A stretch of DNA of 64,000 nt from Hypanus sabinus (Eukaryota), in the NCBI RefSeq assembly GCF_030144855.1, contig NC_082732.1, forward strand, positions 20,026,001-20,090,000, written 5' to 3'. The notes under the pieces were generated by a model. The model worked only from the letters and a program-made list of their open reading frames with translations. It did no database searches and was not told the origin of the DNA. Positions 11,662-24,697 of this stretch are shown in pieces. The translations under genes and the position numbers were made by a program. Position 1 is the stretch's first letter. Each line of letters opens with the position of its first letter.

Positions 11662-13400
11662 GTTTCATTGTGAGAATCTGCTGATCATCCAGCATCTCTC
11701 TGAGACAGCAGAATGGTCCTGAAAGGACTGAGAGAAAGAGAGCTGTGTGTCGTGCCTGTCCTGTGATGATTGATAAAGCTGAGTGGACATGTGCCAGTGA
11801 GGAACAGATTGGAGCTTATGACAAATCCTTGGGGAGCTCCAACGGCAACAGCCCAAGACTGGGCAGAGCTGCATCTTCGGCTTTGATTCGGAAACACACA
11901 TGGACTCAAACAGAGGCGGTGCTACCCCAAATGAGCATTGAGGGGCAGGATGAGAGGTCCGCTCTGTTACAGCTGGTGGAAGGAAGCATGAGAAGGGGTA
12001 GCTCCTTTGTGAGCTAGGATGGCGAGAAGTGGCCTCCACCACAAACTTCAGTCCTTCCCTAAATATTGTGCTGAGCTCCCAACATTGGGATTTGAACTCA
12101 CAGTCATCTGAATCCAGAGCAAGTGCTACACACCGAGTTATGGAGGAGGGTCAATAAAGCAGCCAGAGCCTAAAAAGGATTCTTGGTTCTAATTGTGCCT
12201 GGCCAAATTAACGAATGAAAGGGTTATGTTTACTGCAGGCTGTCTACCTGACACAATGCACATCTACAGATTCCAGCGAGGCCAATGGACACTGAATGTA
12301 ACAGGTTTCAACATCAGCCATCGCACTATCTAATACTGAACCTCAAAAAGTAACAGCGTTCACAGAACGGAAGGAATCTTGATTCAAAGTAACCAGAGCC
12401 CCGAGTAAATCCCTTGATCTTCAAACACCAGACTTTTAAACTGTCCACATTTAAACTCCCTCTCTAATCCTGTGGTTTTATTCGACATCCTTTAATTATT
12501 TCAGCTAATTACCGGGCTGGAAGTTAGAATGCAAGAGCAAAGAGGAATGCACAATTCAGAAAGATGGGTTTCAGTGAACAATGTTACATAGGAACTGGAT
12601 GATGCAGTCTCTCAGAACTGTCCTGCCGACCAATCAAAACACGGCTGATCTGCAATTCAAACTCATCACTGTTCATACTAAGCAAAAATCTATCAGTCTC
12701 AATCTTGACAGGTTTGGTTAATACTCTTCTCAACAGTTTTTATTTTATTTTAAGGAAAGGTTTTATCATTCCTTTTTGCTGGGAGACATCTTCGCTGAAA
12801 GGGCGAGTCTAATTCCATGCATCCACTGTACGTTCTGCAATGCCATCATGGGACAGAGTATTTCTCAATTAATCTCCTTTGTCCTCTATACTTACAGAAA
12901 TACAAAGCTAGGAGCTTATTTAGGACAGTGATATAAGAAATATAACTGATGTAGTCTTTGATCTTTTCTTTAAATCAGTAACTAGTTATAAAAAAAAACC
13001 TTGCCTAGGCTTGTGCCCTGGAAACTTTCCAAAGTACAAATCCATGGTCTATCAAGACTAACGGAGGCCTACTACTACTACTAGTTTATGACCTGCTGAG
13101 AAGGACAGGCAGGGTTCTTGGCTTTTATTGGAGTATAGATTTACAGTTCAAGATGTCATCTAGTGTCACGTCCATTGGCTATTTGTATGATTGTATCTAG
13201 ATAAAAGTTACTTTTTAAGCTGAACCAAAAGTTGTGATCAACATGTAAGCTTCTGCCATTTGGGACTTGTAATCCTGTTTGATTTTGTTTCTAGATCCCT
13301 GTTTGCTTAATACTGAGGCTATCGTAGATTTCAATCATAAGGAACCAAACACAAGCCTTTAGAACACCCACCAAAGCTCACTAGACCAGTATTGGTTGTA

Positions 13401-13610
13401 GCAATGCACACAAAACACTGGAGGAACTCAGCAGCCCAGGCAGCATCTATGGAAAAAGTACAGTTTATGTTTCGGGCTGAGTCTTGTGGAAGGGCCTCGG
13501 TCCGAAATGTTGACTGTACTTTTTTTCATAGATGCTGCCTGGCCTGCTGAGTTCCTCCAGCATTTTGGGTGTGTTGCTCGGATTTCCAGCACCTGCAGGA
13601 ATTCTTGTTT
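13401..13610. mobile_element. Palindromic (head-to-head) Penelope pseudo-LTR derivative
   Basis: Arms ~13401-13480 and ~13495-13579 are reverse complements (..GGAGGAACTCAGCAG..CAGCATCTATG / CATAGATGCTG..CTGCTGAGTTCCTCC); decayed hammerhead core at the centre. Confidence 0.8.
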
Positions 13611-14124
13611 GCAATATTGGCTATGGTCTCTTTAGCTACTTTGGACCTAAGCTCTGGAACAACATACCTAAATATATTTTTAAAAATCACTCTTCAAAAC
13701 CCATTTTTGAGCCTAGCTTTACATTCCTGTAATCTATACACCATCTCATCATCTGTTCATTTTGCCTGCTGTCCTTCTGTTCTTGTAGATCATTGTAGAA
13801 ACCCTGGCATGATCTTCATCCCTGTTTTCAATTGCAAAATATCGCAGGTGCCTTATCAATGTCTGCTGTTGAACTTGTGATCTTCTTGTCCTGATCCATT
13901 GGGCCTAACCTGATTTTTCCAAGTTTCTGCAGTGTAGCACAGCCCAAAGTCAGAGACCCAGAGCAAATGCTTGGTTCTTTGCTTGCAGTTTCCTTTCACG
14001 CTGCCTCTGGCAGTCATGTCCACAGTGCCTTGACTCCAGGAATTACTTTGATAAATCTCTTCTCCTTCATCCCCTTTAAAGTATTCTTTTTGGCTAGGCT
14101 TTTAATCAAGCTAATCAATTCTTT

Positions 14125-14480
14125 CTCTGAGGCTGAGAGGAGACTTGATAAAAATTCGTAAGATTATGAGAATCATCAATAGGTTAGACTGCTGGCATCG
14201 ATCCCCAGGGTCAAAATACTAAAGGCATGCATTTAAGATGAGATGGGGAAAGTATGCAGGAGCTGTGTGAGACAAGAGAGAGTAGTGGTTGCCTGGAATG
14301 CACTGTTAAGAATGGTGGTCAAGGTGGGCATGAGGGAGGCATTTACAAGGCTCTCAGGCATGTTAATGTGCACAGAATAGAGGGATATGGATCATGTGCA
14401 GGCAGAAAGGGTGTTTTATTAGCTTAATTAGTTCGGCAAAACTCTGGGTGCCGAAGAGCCTGTTCCTGTGCTGGACTGTT
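14125..14480 (+). mobile_element. CR1 3' end
   Basis: AGGCTGAGAGGAGACTTGATA...GCCTGGAATGCACTG...GCCGAAGAGCCTGTTCCTGTGCTG, characteristic CR1 ORF2 end and 3'UTR. Confidence 0.75.
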
Positions 14481-14709
14481 GGAGCAATGTTCTAGTTGAA
14501 TATGAACATCACCCTCCACCAATGCCGTTCTGTCGAGAGATCTCTGTTCCCTATGACCTCACAGATGGCTGCTGCTTTGAGTATATCCCCTCCTTGTTGC
14601 CAGCGCAGATCCAGAGGTTCTTTATTATATTGATGTCTAGCAAGAGAGATAAACAGAAAGGTACTTCTAACAGTAAACAATACTCAACTAATGCCAACTG
14701 CGGACGCAG

Positions 14710-15200
14710 CTCAAAGTTCACGATCAAAGTTCAAAGTATGTATACATTACACAAACTTGAGATTCATCTCTATAGGCAGCCACAAAGCAAAGGACTCCAA
14801 AAGAATCCATACAAAAGAAGGAGAGAGAATAAAAACAAACTGTGCAAACAATAAAAGTAAGGACATAGCATTCATGACAAAAGTGAATCCAAAGACTGGA
14901 AGCCTGGATCAGCCGGAGCAGGCCACTGCCTCAGCCTCAGTTTCGTGTAGAGCTGAGTAAGTGTCACAGAGAAGTGAGCAGAGCTAGCCTGACCCTCATC
15001 TCTTGTTCCAACACCCGGCCTTTTCAATCCACCTGGCCCAGCGTTTCAATTGTTTAAACATTGGGCCTTTCCTCGCACTAGGGCCTGGCCCTCACTCTGG
15101 GCCTGGACCCTGCTGCCAAGATTTCGGCCTGTACCCTACCTTTCTAAATCAGACTGCCACATAGATCGATCAAACCTCGCTCTCAGTTTAGGTGATAAGC
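14710..15200 (-). mobile_element. Non-autonomous retroposon with Rex1/Babar-like tail
   Basis: Starts with TCAAAGTTCA..ACAAACTTGAGATTC (reverse tail); similar to 5730-6362. Confidence 0.55.
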
Positions 15201-16539
15201 ATATTTCCTACAAAAAATTATATATATACAAACTATGTGCGACATTGATCTTCATGATGGAGGAAATTGGATGTTCAAGAAGAAACCCAAGGGAGCGTTC
15301 CAAGGAGAGCATGCAAGCTCCACACACAAAGTGATGGTAGTCAGGACCGAACCTGAGTCGCTGAAGCTATGAGGCAAAAGCCCAACCAAGTACATCACTG
15401 TACTGCCCAAATTTCAGTATCCACAAGAACATTCTGTGCATATCAACATTCACAAGTTGCGGTGAGCGGGTATCTAATTTAGAGGACAGAATGAGTGAGA
15501 AATGTTGTTAGGAACATCAGGAAAACTATTTCTTCAGAATAAATTGGTCTTTTATTTTTGGTGACTTAAAAAACAATTCTTTAATTGGATTCTTTCGTGT
15601 ATCTTGGTTTATGGCTACCTGTAAGCAAACACATCTCAAGGTTGTACAATTTATGCATCCATTGATAATAAACATACTTTGAATCTAATGTCTCATCTAC
15701 AGAATGGGAATTCTGATAATTCAACCACCATCTCACTGCTACCCAGTACAATCAGCCCAGATGTTGTGCTCACATTTTGGAATGAATTTGTAATCAACAC
15801 CTCCATGAGCAAGAAGCAAGTGAGCTAGGCCATCAGGACAAGTTGGTGGTATTCGGCTCACTTCTCAGTGACTCATCACCAAGATCAGCTTGTAGCTGTT
15901 TCATGCAGAAAGTCTTTGGACCTCCTCTGTGGTCTTAAGGTCTTATGGTCTGACTACTGGATTGCATGAGCTGGGAAATTAGCCTATTTCTGACCTATCC
16001 AGGACGCAGCGCTTGGTATAGATCAGGTCCAAGTGTTTTGCCAGCAGTCAAACTTTCCCAGATGGTTTAGCTCTGGGACGGATGGCAGGCTTCTGTCCAT
16101 TTACTTCCTTGAAAACTGATGTACCGACGACATTAAGAAATTGCCCAGCATGAGGTTATTCTTTGAGGTCAGGCATTGGGCTTGTCCATGTAGCCCCCAC
16201 ACGCAAATAATTAGCCAGGGAAAATGACCAGTACCTGATTTGAGACTTTTAGGCAAGATAATTGGAAGGGGAAATGAAAATAAAAAGAAGCAAATGCTTG
16301 TTTAATTTGTGATTTGATCTGGACTGTTTTCATGTATTAAAAGAATTATGATCAACAATCTAAAAATGTTTTTTATTAAAAGCATCAGGCTGTTCTTCCT
16401 CCATGAACAAATTACATAGGCCACAATTTCTCAGCCATTCCCCATTAAACTCCTAACTAAATATATCACAAAGAACTGGATTCCTTTTAGATGAAAGATT
16501 TAGTTTGCTGGCCCCAGTCCAAGCTGTTTAAAGTTGGTA

Positions 16540-16720
16540 TAGACTGAATGAGTCTTAAGCTTATCCTGAGTCGGAGTTCATTCCAACTCCCCCCCCCCCC
16601 CCCCACCTCCCACTTCTTATCATCCACACCCAGTTTCCTTCACTGCAAGGCGTCATCATGCTTCATACTGCTCTATTTCCAACCCAAATATATAAGAGAG
16701 ACTGGCGGATACCAGAACCA
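16540..16720 (+). promoter_or_regulatory. Putative PDPN core promoter
   Basis: Poly-C tract 16589-16604 and TATATAAG at 16689-16696, ~180 nt upstream of the signal-peptide ATG, in repeat-free sequence. Confidence 0.5.
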
Positions 16721-16871
16721 CTCTGAGTTTCCACACAGACTGTTAGCAAAGTTGATCAACGTCTGGTTTGAAAGTTTGCACTGCAATCCTGCCTTTCAAA
16801 ATTCCCGAGAGTTTAGTGCATTTTTATTCTGAGGCTGAAAAAGCAGTTCTTTCTTACTAAAAAGGGGAAAA

Positions 16872-16944
16872 ATGTACAAAATGGGCTTCAGACGCTTGGT
16901 TCTCCTAGTATTGACTGCTTTCCTCTGCATTTCTGCCCAGACAG
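16872..16944 (+). CDS. PDPN: Podoplanin coding exon 1 (signal peptide MYKMGFRRLVLLVLTAFLCISAQT)
   Basis: ATG (second in-frame ATG at 16881), hydrophobic signal peptide, strong donor CAG|GTAAGA, phase 1 compatible with exon 46939. Confidence 0.8.
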
Positions 16945-18816
16945 GTAAGAAAATATAGTTTTCGATTGCGGATAGGTTTTGTGACAGACTCTAATGTAGT
17001 TAATGTGGAAAATACTGTAATGTCAGACACAGAAGTATTTTAAGAATGTGTTTCATGACAAAAAAGGAAATTTGATTATGTTTTACAAAACAGTTTCTTT
17101 GGATGGAAGTTATGATTATGAATGGTTCCATTCTCTTGTACAAAGACATTTCCATTTTCTGTGAAACACTCTGCTGATGAGTCTAGACTTCATTTTTACT
17201 TACAGCGGAAAAGCTTGACAGAATATCAGACTAATAAGGACTGGGAGGCTTTGTTGAAAAATCCTCACAGTGAGTGGGACAATTCTCATGATGTTTCTAA
17301 TGGTGAATTTTACAGCGATTAGAGTAGACTGCAAGGAGTAGGCACTATTCTCAGTGAGAAGTCTCCAAAGTCAAATTGCAACATGAATCACAACTTTGAA
17401 ATGACTTTGTGCACGCACATACAATGTCACAGTTTGGCTCACATTTTTTGTCCAATTTCTGAGAAACCCTTCTGTTCTGAAGTGACACTTACAGATGTAA
17501 ATAGAAGCTTTTAGGAATGCTAATATTAACAGACTAATATCAATGTTTACGCCGTGATTAGTAATTCGAAGAGCAAATGCTACATACATGTCTCAATAGC
17601 TTGGATGTAAATTGAAAATTCTCTCACCTTTTCGGATAGAGCCACATGAAGCAGCCAAGTCTGGGGGTCAGTTGGGTGTCCGTGACGTCCTGTTATTGAT
17701 CACAGCTTGCTTTCATTTGCCCTCGGCATTTCTGTCCACGTTTCCACTGGGAGGTCTATGTAAGTGGATGTTGAGGAGCAGTCGCACCTGAACAGCCACG
17801 GAGATGTGAGCACCTCAGTGTGGAGTTGTAGCACAGCACCTTCTGCAGAAGAGGAAGGAGAAATGGGAACTCCATTGCTAAGGGGGAAGGATGTCTGGTA
17901 GGTGCAGGTCAGGTCTCAGGTGGGCACAAGAATGTGAATATATTGGATATTTTCATTGGCATAAATATCTCCTTCATCCATCTCAGAGTGAACTAGAAGG
18001 TATAGAATTAAATTTGGACTGCTGCCATTTTGTGTGGTAATGGCACATGATTCATGGCCCCACGTCCTTCGGTCTGATGTACCTGGTGAAGCTTGAGAGC
18101 TCGTGGGCAGAGAGAAGCCAGGTTTGAATCCTCAGCAAGATGGACAAGCCTGCCTGTGCAGTGGCACAATTCTGGTTCAAGAGTCGGGAAGTGAGTTGGG
18201 CCATGGACCAGAACTCTAAGGGGTGGATGTTAGTGTTTTAAAGGGGGGCACAGGATGAGGGTGACAGGCTCTGGGATTGGCATGGGCATGGGGTATTAAT
18301 GACTGGGTGAGTGCTGGGGATTTCAAGGACAGTGCCAGCAAAAACCTGGGGCAAGGAGGCTGGGAATCGTAGGATCAGGTTAGAATAGGGAGGGGAAGGA
18401 GAGCAAAGGGGATAGGGCATGTCTAGGGAGCAAGGATGACAACTAAGTCCTTTAATACAGAGTGTGCAGATATCATCCCACGCCCAGCTCCACGTCCAGC
18501 TGGGTGCATGAGCTGCCACAATGTGAATCAGTCATGCAGTAGACCTCACATGGTCCAAAATCCCTAATGCGGGGTTTAGGAATGAGCAAGGGGCACCTCT
18601 TGTTTGTCCTTGCTGATCATGATGGGGGGCTAGAAATGAGCTCACATTTTCTGATCACCAAACCAATCAATGTGCATGAGCTGATCTCCAGGCCAGGGTA
18701 AGTTGGCAGCCTCTCATCTTTGGGTCAGGTCATTGCTCAAGGTACAGGCCAGGGTATGAGCACAGAACGTCAGGCTGTATTGAAGGATTGGTTTTAGCCA
18801 GTTATGTCGAGCTGTT

Positions 18817-19050
18817 GTTTATTTAATTTTTGAGATACAGCACGGAATTGGCTCTTCCAGCCACAGCTTCAAGCAACCCCCAATCTAACCATAGCCTAAT
18901 CACAGGACAATTTACAATGATCAATTAACCTACCAACCGGTACGTCTTTGGACTGTGGGAGGAAACCAAAGCACCTGGAAGAATCCCTTATGGTTATGGG
19001 GTTAATGTACAAACTCTTTACAAACAGCAGCGGGAATTGAATCCGACAGA
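18817..19050 (-). mobile_element. tRNA-derived V-SINE-like element
   Basis: Reverse complement of GGTTTCCTCCCACAGTCCAAAGACGTACCGGTTGGTAGGTTAATTG core, shared with 48432-48692, 50557-50782 and 57500-57783. Confidence 0.8.
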
Positions 19051-19184
19051 TGGATGTAAAAGATCCCACAACACCGCTGAAAGAGAAAGGAATTCCTCTA
19101 ACCTCTACTAAAACTGTCACAAATAAATTCATGGTCCTTCACCTCAATTACTTGCAGACAGGCCTTTATCTCTGTGATGCTAAC

Positions 19185-19466
19185 TTCTCTCTTCTTCGGC
19201 TGACCATTGATTTTCAATGATGACTGAGGCCTGGGCAGGGTTGTATGGGAGACCGGCAGATGCCCATGCTGCAAGTTTCCCCTCTCCACGCCACTGATGT
19301 TGTCCAAGGGAATGGCATTAGGATCCATACAACTTGGCACCGATGTCGTCACAGAGCAATGTGTGGTTAAGTGCCTTGCTCAAGGACACAACACGCTGCT
19401 TCAGCTAAAGCTCCAACTAGAGACCTTCAGATCACTAGACCGATGCCTTAACCACTTGGCCATGCG
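19185..19466 (-). mobile_element. tRNA-head SINE with RTE-like tail
   Basis: A box TGGCCAAGTGGTTAAGG, decayed B box, central GTGTTGTGTCCTTGAGCAAGGCACTTAACC, tail ending in GAAGAAGAGAAG. Confidence 0.75.
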
Positions 19467-19844
19467 TAGCAATGGCATAATAAATTGAACGTTTCAATGA
19501 AACATGAAATCCCTTGGTGTCCTGTTAGCTTGATGATGAACAGAAATGAAGCTTTAGGTGTCCATTACACTTACTACCAAGTCTGGTTATTTAAGGAAAA
19601 GATGATAATGAAGGAAGCCAGACCCACAGACTGAGCACATCTCATTAAGATGTTCAGACTTGCTATCCAGGATCACTGGATTTTGTTTAGAAAGGGAACA
19701 CTTGTTGAATTTTCTCCTTTTTTTGAAGGCAGCCTTCTTCATGTTACTCATGTATTTGCGCTCCAAAAAAGAGATGGCTACAGGCTTCAGCTAAAACCTT
19801 TCTTGAAGCTAATTGCTGATGGTATTGAGTCTGTACGTTGCATG

Positions 19845-20675
19845 TGGTTTACAGGAGTGAGGTAGGTCAACAGATTGAGTGGTGCTGCAACTACAACCTT
19901 GCACTCAGAGTTGGTAAGACCAAGGAATTGATTGTGGATTTCACTAAGCAGAAGTTGAAGGAACACACACCAGTCCTTACTGAGGGATCAGCAGTGGAAT
20001 GGGTGAACAGTATCAAGTTCCTGGGTAGTGACATCACTGAAGATCTCTCCTGTGCTAACATATTGATGTAATTACAAAGAATTCACAACAGTGGCTATAT
20101 TTCATCAGAAGTTTGAGGAGCCCTGGTATGTCACCAAAGAATCTTGCAAGTTCCCACTGATGTAGCTTGGAGAGCATTTTAACTGGTTGTGTCACCATCT
20201 GGCGTGGAGGAGCCACTGTACAGGATTGGAAAAGGTTATAGAAAGTTGTAAACTTAGCCAGCTCCATCATGGGCACTAGCCTCTCCAGCATCGAGGACAT
20301 CTAAAAAAGGCAACGCCTCAAAATGGCAGCATCTGTCATTAAGGGCCCCTATCACCCAGAGCATGTCCTCTTCTCATTGCTACTCTCAAAAAAGAGGTAC
20401 AGGAGCCTGAAGACACACACTCAACATTTCAGGAACAGCTTCTTCCCCTCCACCATCAGATTTCTGAGCGGACCATGAACCCATGTATAGTACCTCACTA
20501 TGTTTTTGCTTTTTTTAAGATCTCTTTTGCACTGCTTATTTAATTTATTTGTTATATCTATATATTTCTTATTGAAATTTGTAGGTTTTTAAAAATTATT
20601 ATGTATTGCAATGTACTGTTGCCATAAAACAACACATTTCACAGCATATGCCAGTGGTATTCAACCTGATTCTGA
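19845..20675 (+). mobile_element. Rex1/Babar-type LINE 3' portion
   Basis: EWC..NLAL.V.KTKELIVDF and KFLG..ITEDLS motifs, HP.H.LFSLL.S..RY segment, CCTGATTCTGA tail. Confidence 0.85.
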
Positions 20676-20791
20676 CGTTCTTGTGTTTCCACCAACTAAA
20701 TTAATTTGAGTTGCATCAAAGCGACTGTCATACAGAATCTGGGAACAGAAGAGTGACTTGGTCTCAAATTGAATGGATGGTCATTTCTCAG

Positions 20792-21008
20792 TGTGGTGAA
20801 CTACATATACCTGTCTGGACACGCCCCCTGCTGACTGCTCCTGTGGCTCCTCCCACAGACCCCTGTATAAAGGCGATCAAGGCCTGAGCCCGGCCTCTCA
20901 GTCTCCAGGATGTAGTATGGTGGTCACCCACTGCTTGTTCCTTCTTCCAGTCAATAAAAGCCGATATCTCGCCTTTACGTCTCAGAATGAGTTATTGATG
21001 GTGCATCA
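20792..21008 (+). mobile_element. Solo LTR (217 bp)
   Basis: TG...CA termini (TGTGGTG / GCATCA), 5-bp TSD CTCAG at 20787-20791 and 21009-21013, TATAAA ~20866 and AATAAA ~20953. Confidence 0.85.
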
Positions 21009-24000
21009 CTCAGAGTCTGCACAGTATCCAAAAGAAACAGAGGAAGCAGACTGAAGATGATGTAAAGAATCTGTAAAAGGGCTGAAGACAAATAATGTGA
21101 GTGACTATGAAGATGATAATTGTGAGGAACTATGAAGGTATTAAATTTGGTGGAAGAGGCACAGAACTTTATTTTTGGTTGCTTAATGGCACAAGGAGAT
21201 AAGGAACACAAACAAAATGCTGGAGAAACCCAGCAGGTCAGACAGCTTCTGTGGAAATGACCAGTTGACACTTTGAACCTAAACCCTTCTTCAGGAGGGA
21301 CGGAGGCCTGAATGCATGTCAGAAGAACTCCTGCTGCAGCTGTACATGTCTTTGGTGAGATTACTCTGCAAGCACTGTTGGAAAGTACTCATCATTAAAA
21401 TTAATACGTGGTGGCATGTACCTTGGAGGTAGTGGATAATAGATTTAGGGGATCAATTCCTGAGGTGATGCTTTAATCCTAAAGGGATAGCTGGAGTAAT
21501 TGGCCTCGACTCAGTGGAATGTAGAAGAATGAGACATTATTGACAGATAAAAGATTCTGAAAAACTTTGAGTGGACAGTTAATTGAATCTAGAGTTTAGA
21601 ACTAGGGGAAATGGCCTCAAGGTAAAGGGCTAACCATTTAAAATTAATGAGAAGCTCCTTCACTAAAGTGACTGTAAATCAGAATCAGGTTTATCATCAT
21701 CGGCATGAGACATGAAATCCGTTAACAGCAGCAGCAGTTCAATGTAACGCATAATCTATTAGAGAAAAATAATAATACTAATAAATATAATAATAAATAA
21801 AAAAGTAAATAAATTATAGCATACATATATGGAATATATTTTAAAAGTGCAGAAACAGAAATACTGTATATTTAAAAGAAGTGAGGTAGTGTCCAAAGAT
21901 TCAATGTCCTTTTGGCAAAGGGGAAGAGGCTGTTCCTGAATCGCCGAGCGTGTGCCTTCAGGCTTCTGTACCTCCCAGCTGATGGTAACAGTGAGAAAAG
22001 GGCATTGGAATTCACTACCCCAGAGGGCTGTGAATCCTTTATAAATTTGTGAATTCCCAGTCTCTGTGAATAGGGTACGTTCAGATATAGTTGTACTGAA
22101 AATGGGGCTGATGTGTTCCATATGTTATACCACTAAAATAATTTGAGCTTTCACCCAAAGCCATGATTGAAAATCTGCCCTGTGGTCACTTGTAAGCAAT
22201 ATACCACATTTGAAATAGGGGCAAATAGAAGCCCGTGGATCAAAACGGCAATCAGACTGCATGTATAAATAAGATGTGAATCTTTCCATTGTTATGTGGA
22301 AAAATTGGGAGTGCTTTTGGTGGTTGTGTATGTTCAACAAGATCGTGCAGATTTGGTTGTTAAAAAATACTTCAGCCAAGAGCTGTATCAAACTTTAATC
22401 TCTCTAAAATACAACTGGATTAGTCAGTCATAAAAAACTAGTCAAGGTTTACCTCAGCTATATCTTTATTTTCTATCGTGTAACTTTCTGCAAAGCTCTT
22501 TTTTTTTGCTTCATTTTCACCCATCCTTTTATCGGGCGTTTTCACCTGCTATCGATGAGTGCAAACCACTAACACATGACCAGAAGCTATGTTTGGCATT
22601 TCAATAGCAAAACTAAGGAAAATCTAAAATCTGCATGTTGGTCAGTTATTTCTGGTGCAGGGTTTTATTGGTGAAAGGAGCAGTGATTTTCCAGATGAGA
22701 CTTTTAAGAATTCTTTTTTTGTGTGATTTTAATTGGGTGAAAGAGGAAAACAATCCAAGCCACAAGCATGATGTAAACATCATTCAATTTCTGCATTTTT
22801 AGACCCTGTGGGTACTTTTCTTCTCCTGCTTAATTCAGCTCACTTTATGCTGAGATTTTGCCTTTTTGGTTAACTCCTCATCCCCAGATTAAACATGGCA
22901 TAAGCAGTCTGTTTACCTGATGTCTCATTTCCTCCTGGCCTGGCTCTTGTTTCTTTTCCAGAGCCTCCGCTCTACACTTGCTATAAACGTCAAAACAAAA
23001 AACAAATAAATATATAAACTAGAAGACAAAGAGACAGCTTGTGAATGTTGCATTGACCTCGAACAGATGTTTCTTCTTTGAACCTGGATCTTATCTGGGC
23101 TCATATCAATGGGATTTGCTTGCACTGTAGGAGATATCAGACTCTTTTCCCGCTTAAAAATTTGTACACGGATGCTTACAATGAAAAAAAAAAGGCTCTA
23201 ATTTGTTCATCTTAAATTTTGCTCATCTAACCTGCCTTGATCTACCTCTCTCCCGACCAGCTGAGATCTTGGACCAGGCCCATCACAACGTGCACTCCAC
23301 ATTTTGACAAAAGTTGTGCGAGAATGAATGTTTCATCCCAGCTAAGATATGTTCTATCCCATACCACCTAGCCACACCTTTCACCTGTTCCAGTTAATGC
23401 AGATTATTAAATATATCCATCTGATCACATCAATCCCTTGTGGCAAGCTAGCCAAGCAGGCAGAAGGATAGAAAAGGCTTGTCTTCAGTCACTTGGTGGT
23501 AAAACACTTACTGAGATTTTTCCCTGGGTTGACAAGTGTTCAGTAACACCCTGGGATAAGAAAATGCGTAGGCATCGGGAACACTCAGGCCTCACTCATC
23601 GTCAACTCCAACACTTTGGATGGAATGCTTTGCCATTTAGCACAATCCCAAGAAGTTATACGTTTGGAAATGCAGAAAACACAAGGGGGAGGAACTTTGT
23701 TTCTGTCACTAGCTTCAAGGGGTGGAATACTTTGCCTTTTGGCAAATTCCCAAGAATCTGCCTACACTTGGGAATGCAAAAATACAGATGGATGGAATAT
23801 TGTTTCTGTTGCCGGCTTCTGGTGTTGACACTGGGTGCTCTCCCACGTCTGGGGCACTGTTGTTAAACTATTTATGGACACCTTACGATGAACTCCTTTT
23901 AAAAAAAGATTGGTAGGGAGTAGGATTACAGATCTTTAGATTTAGCTGCATGTCAAGATCCCCCAAATTCTCCATGTTTTACATCACTAACAAGATGTAG

Positions 24001-24309
24001 ACTGAGAAGACCAACGTTTATGGGGCATTGCTGGTTAGATCATTTCAGAGGTCAGCTGAAAGTCAACAGCGTTCCAGAATCTGGAATCAGAAGTCATGTG
24101 GACACTGGAGTGAAGAACAGCGGAACTAGAATAAACCATGTGGACGCTGGAATCTGGAGCAGAAAACAATCTGTTGGAAGAACTCAGTGAGCTGGGTATT
24201 GTCTGAGAAACAGACAGCCGACATTTTGTGCAGAGTCCCTCCATCTGTCATAGTGTTGTACCACAGTTCAGCAGCTTCACAGTTGACCGGTTCATTTAAA
24301 CACACTTAA

Positions 24310-24697
24310 ACAATCTCTTCTCCCTCCTGCTGTCTGGGAAAAAGCACCGAAGCATTCGGGCTCTCACAACCAGACTATGTAACCGTTTCTTCCCCCAAGC
24401 TATCAGACTCCTCAATACCCAAAGCCTGGACTGACACCTTACTGCCCTATTGTCCTGTTTATTATTTATTGTAATGCCTGCACTGTTTTGTGCACTTTAC
24501 GCAGTCCTGGGTAGGTCTGTAGTCTAGTGTAGTTGTTGTGTGTGTTTTTTTTTTCTCTGTGTTGTTTTTCACGTAGTTCAGTCTAGTTTTTGTACTGTGT
24601 CATGTAGCACCATGGTCCTGAAAAACGTCGTCTCATTTTTACTATGTGCTGTACCAGCAATTGTGGTCGAAATGACAATAAAAGTGACTTGACTTGA
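24310..24697 (+). mobile_element. Rex1/Babar-type LINE 3' end
   Basis: LFSLLLSGK..RSIRALTTRLCN.FFPQAIRLLN, then 3'UTR ending AATAAAAGTGACTTGACTTGA. Confidence 0.8.

Larger units (their letters stand above)
8270..11800 (-). mobile_element. Ancient L2-type LINE fossil split by the L1 insertion
   Basis: Minus-strand remnants DTQL.., WM.....*NMRKTEAIIF, TTKTVYFHL and SAAETHIF match the L2 ORF2 post-RT region; apparent continuation on the far side of the L1 (below 8491). Confidence 0.6.

Noticed and set aside
17640-18700. Possible Harbinger/PIF transposon fossil
   Set aside because: Only a faint EEQ..TE...HL resemblance; no TIRs or DDE motif I can verify
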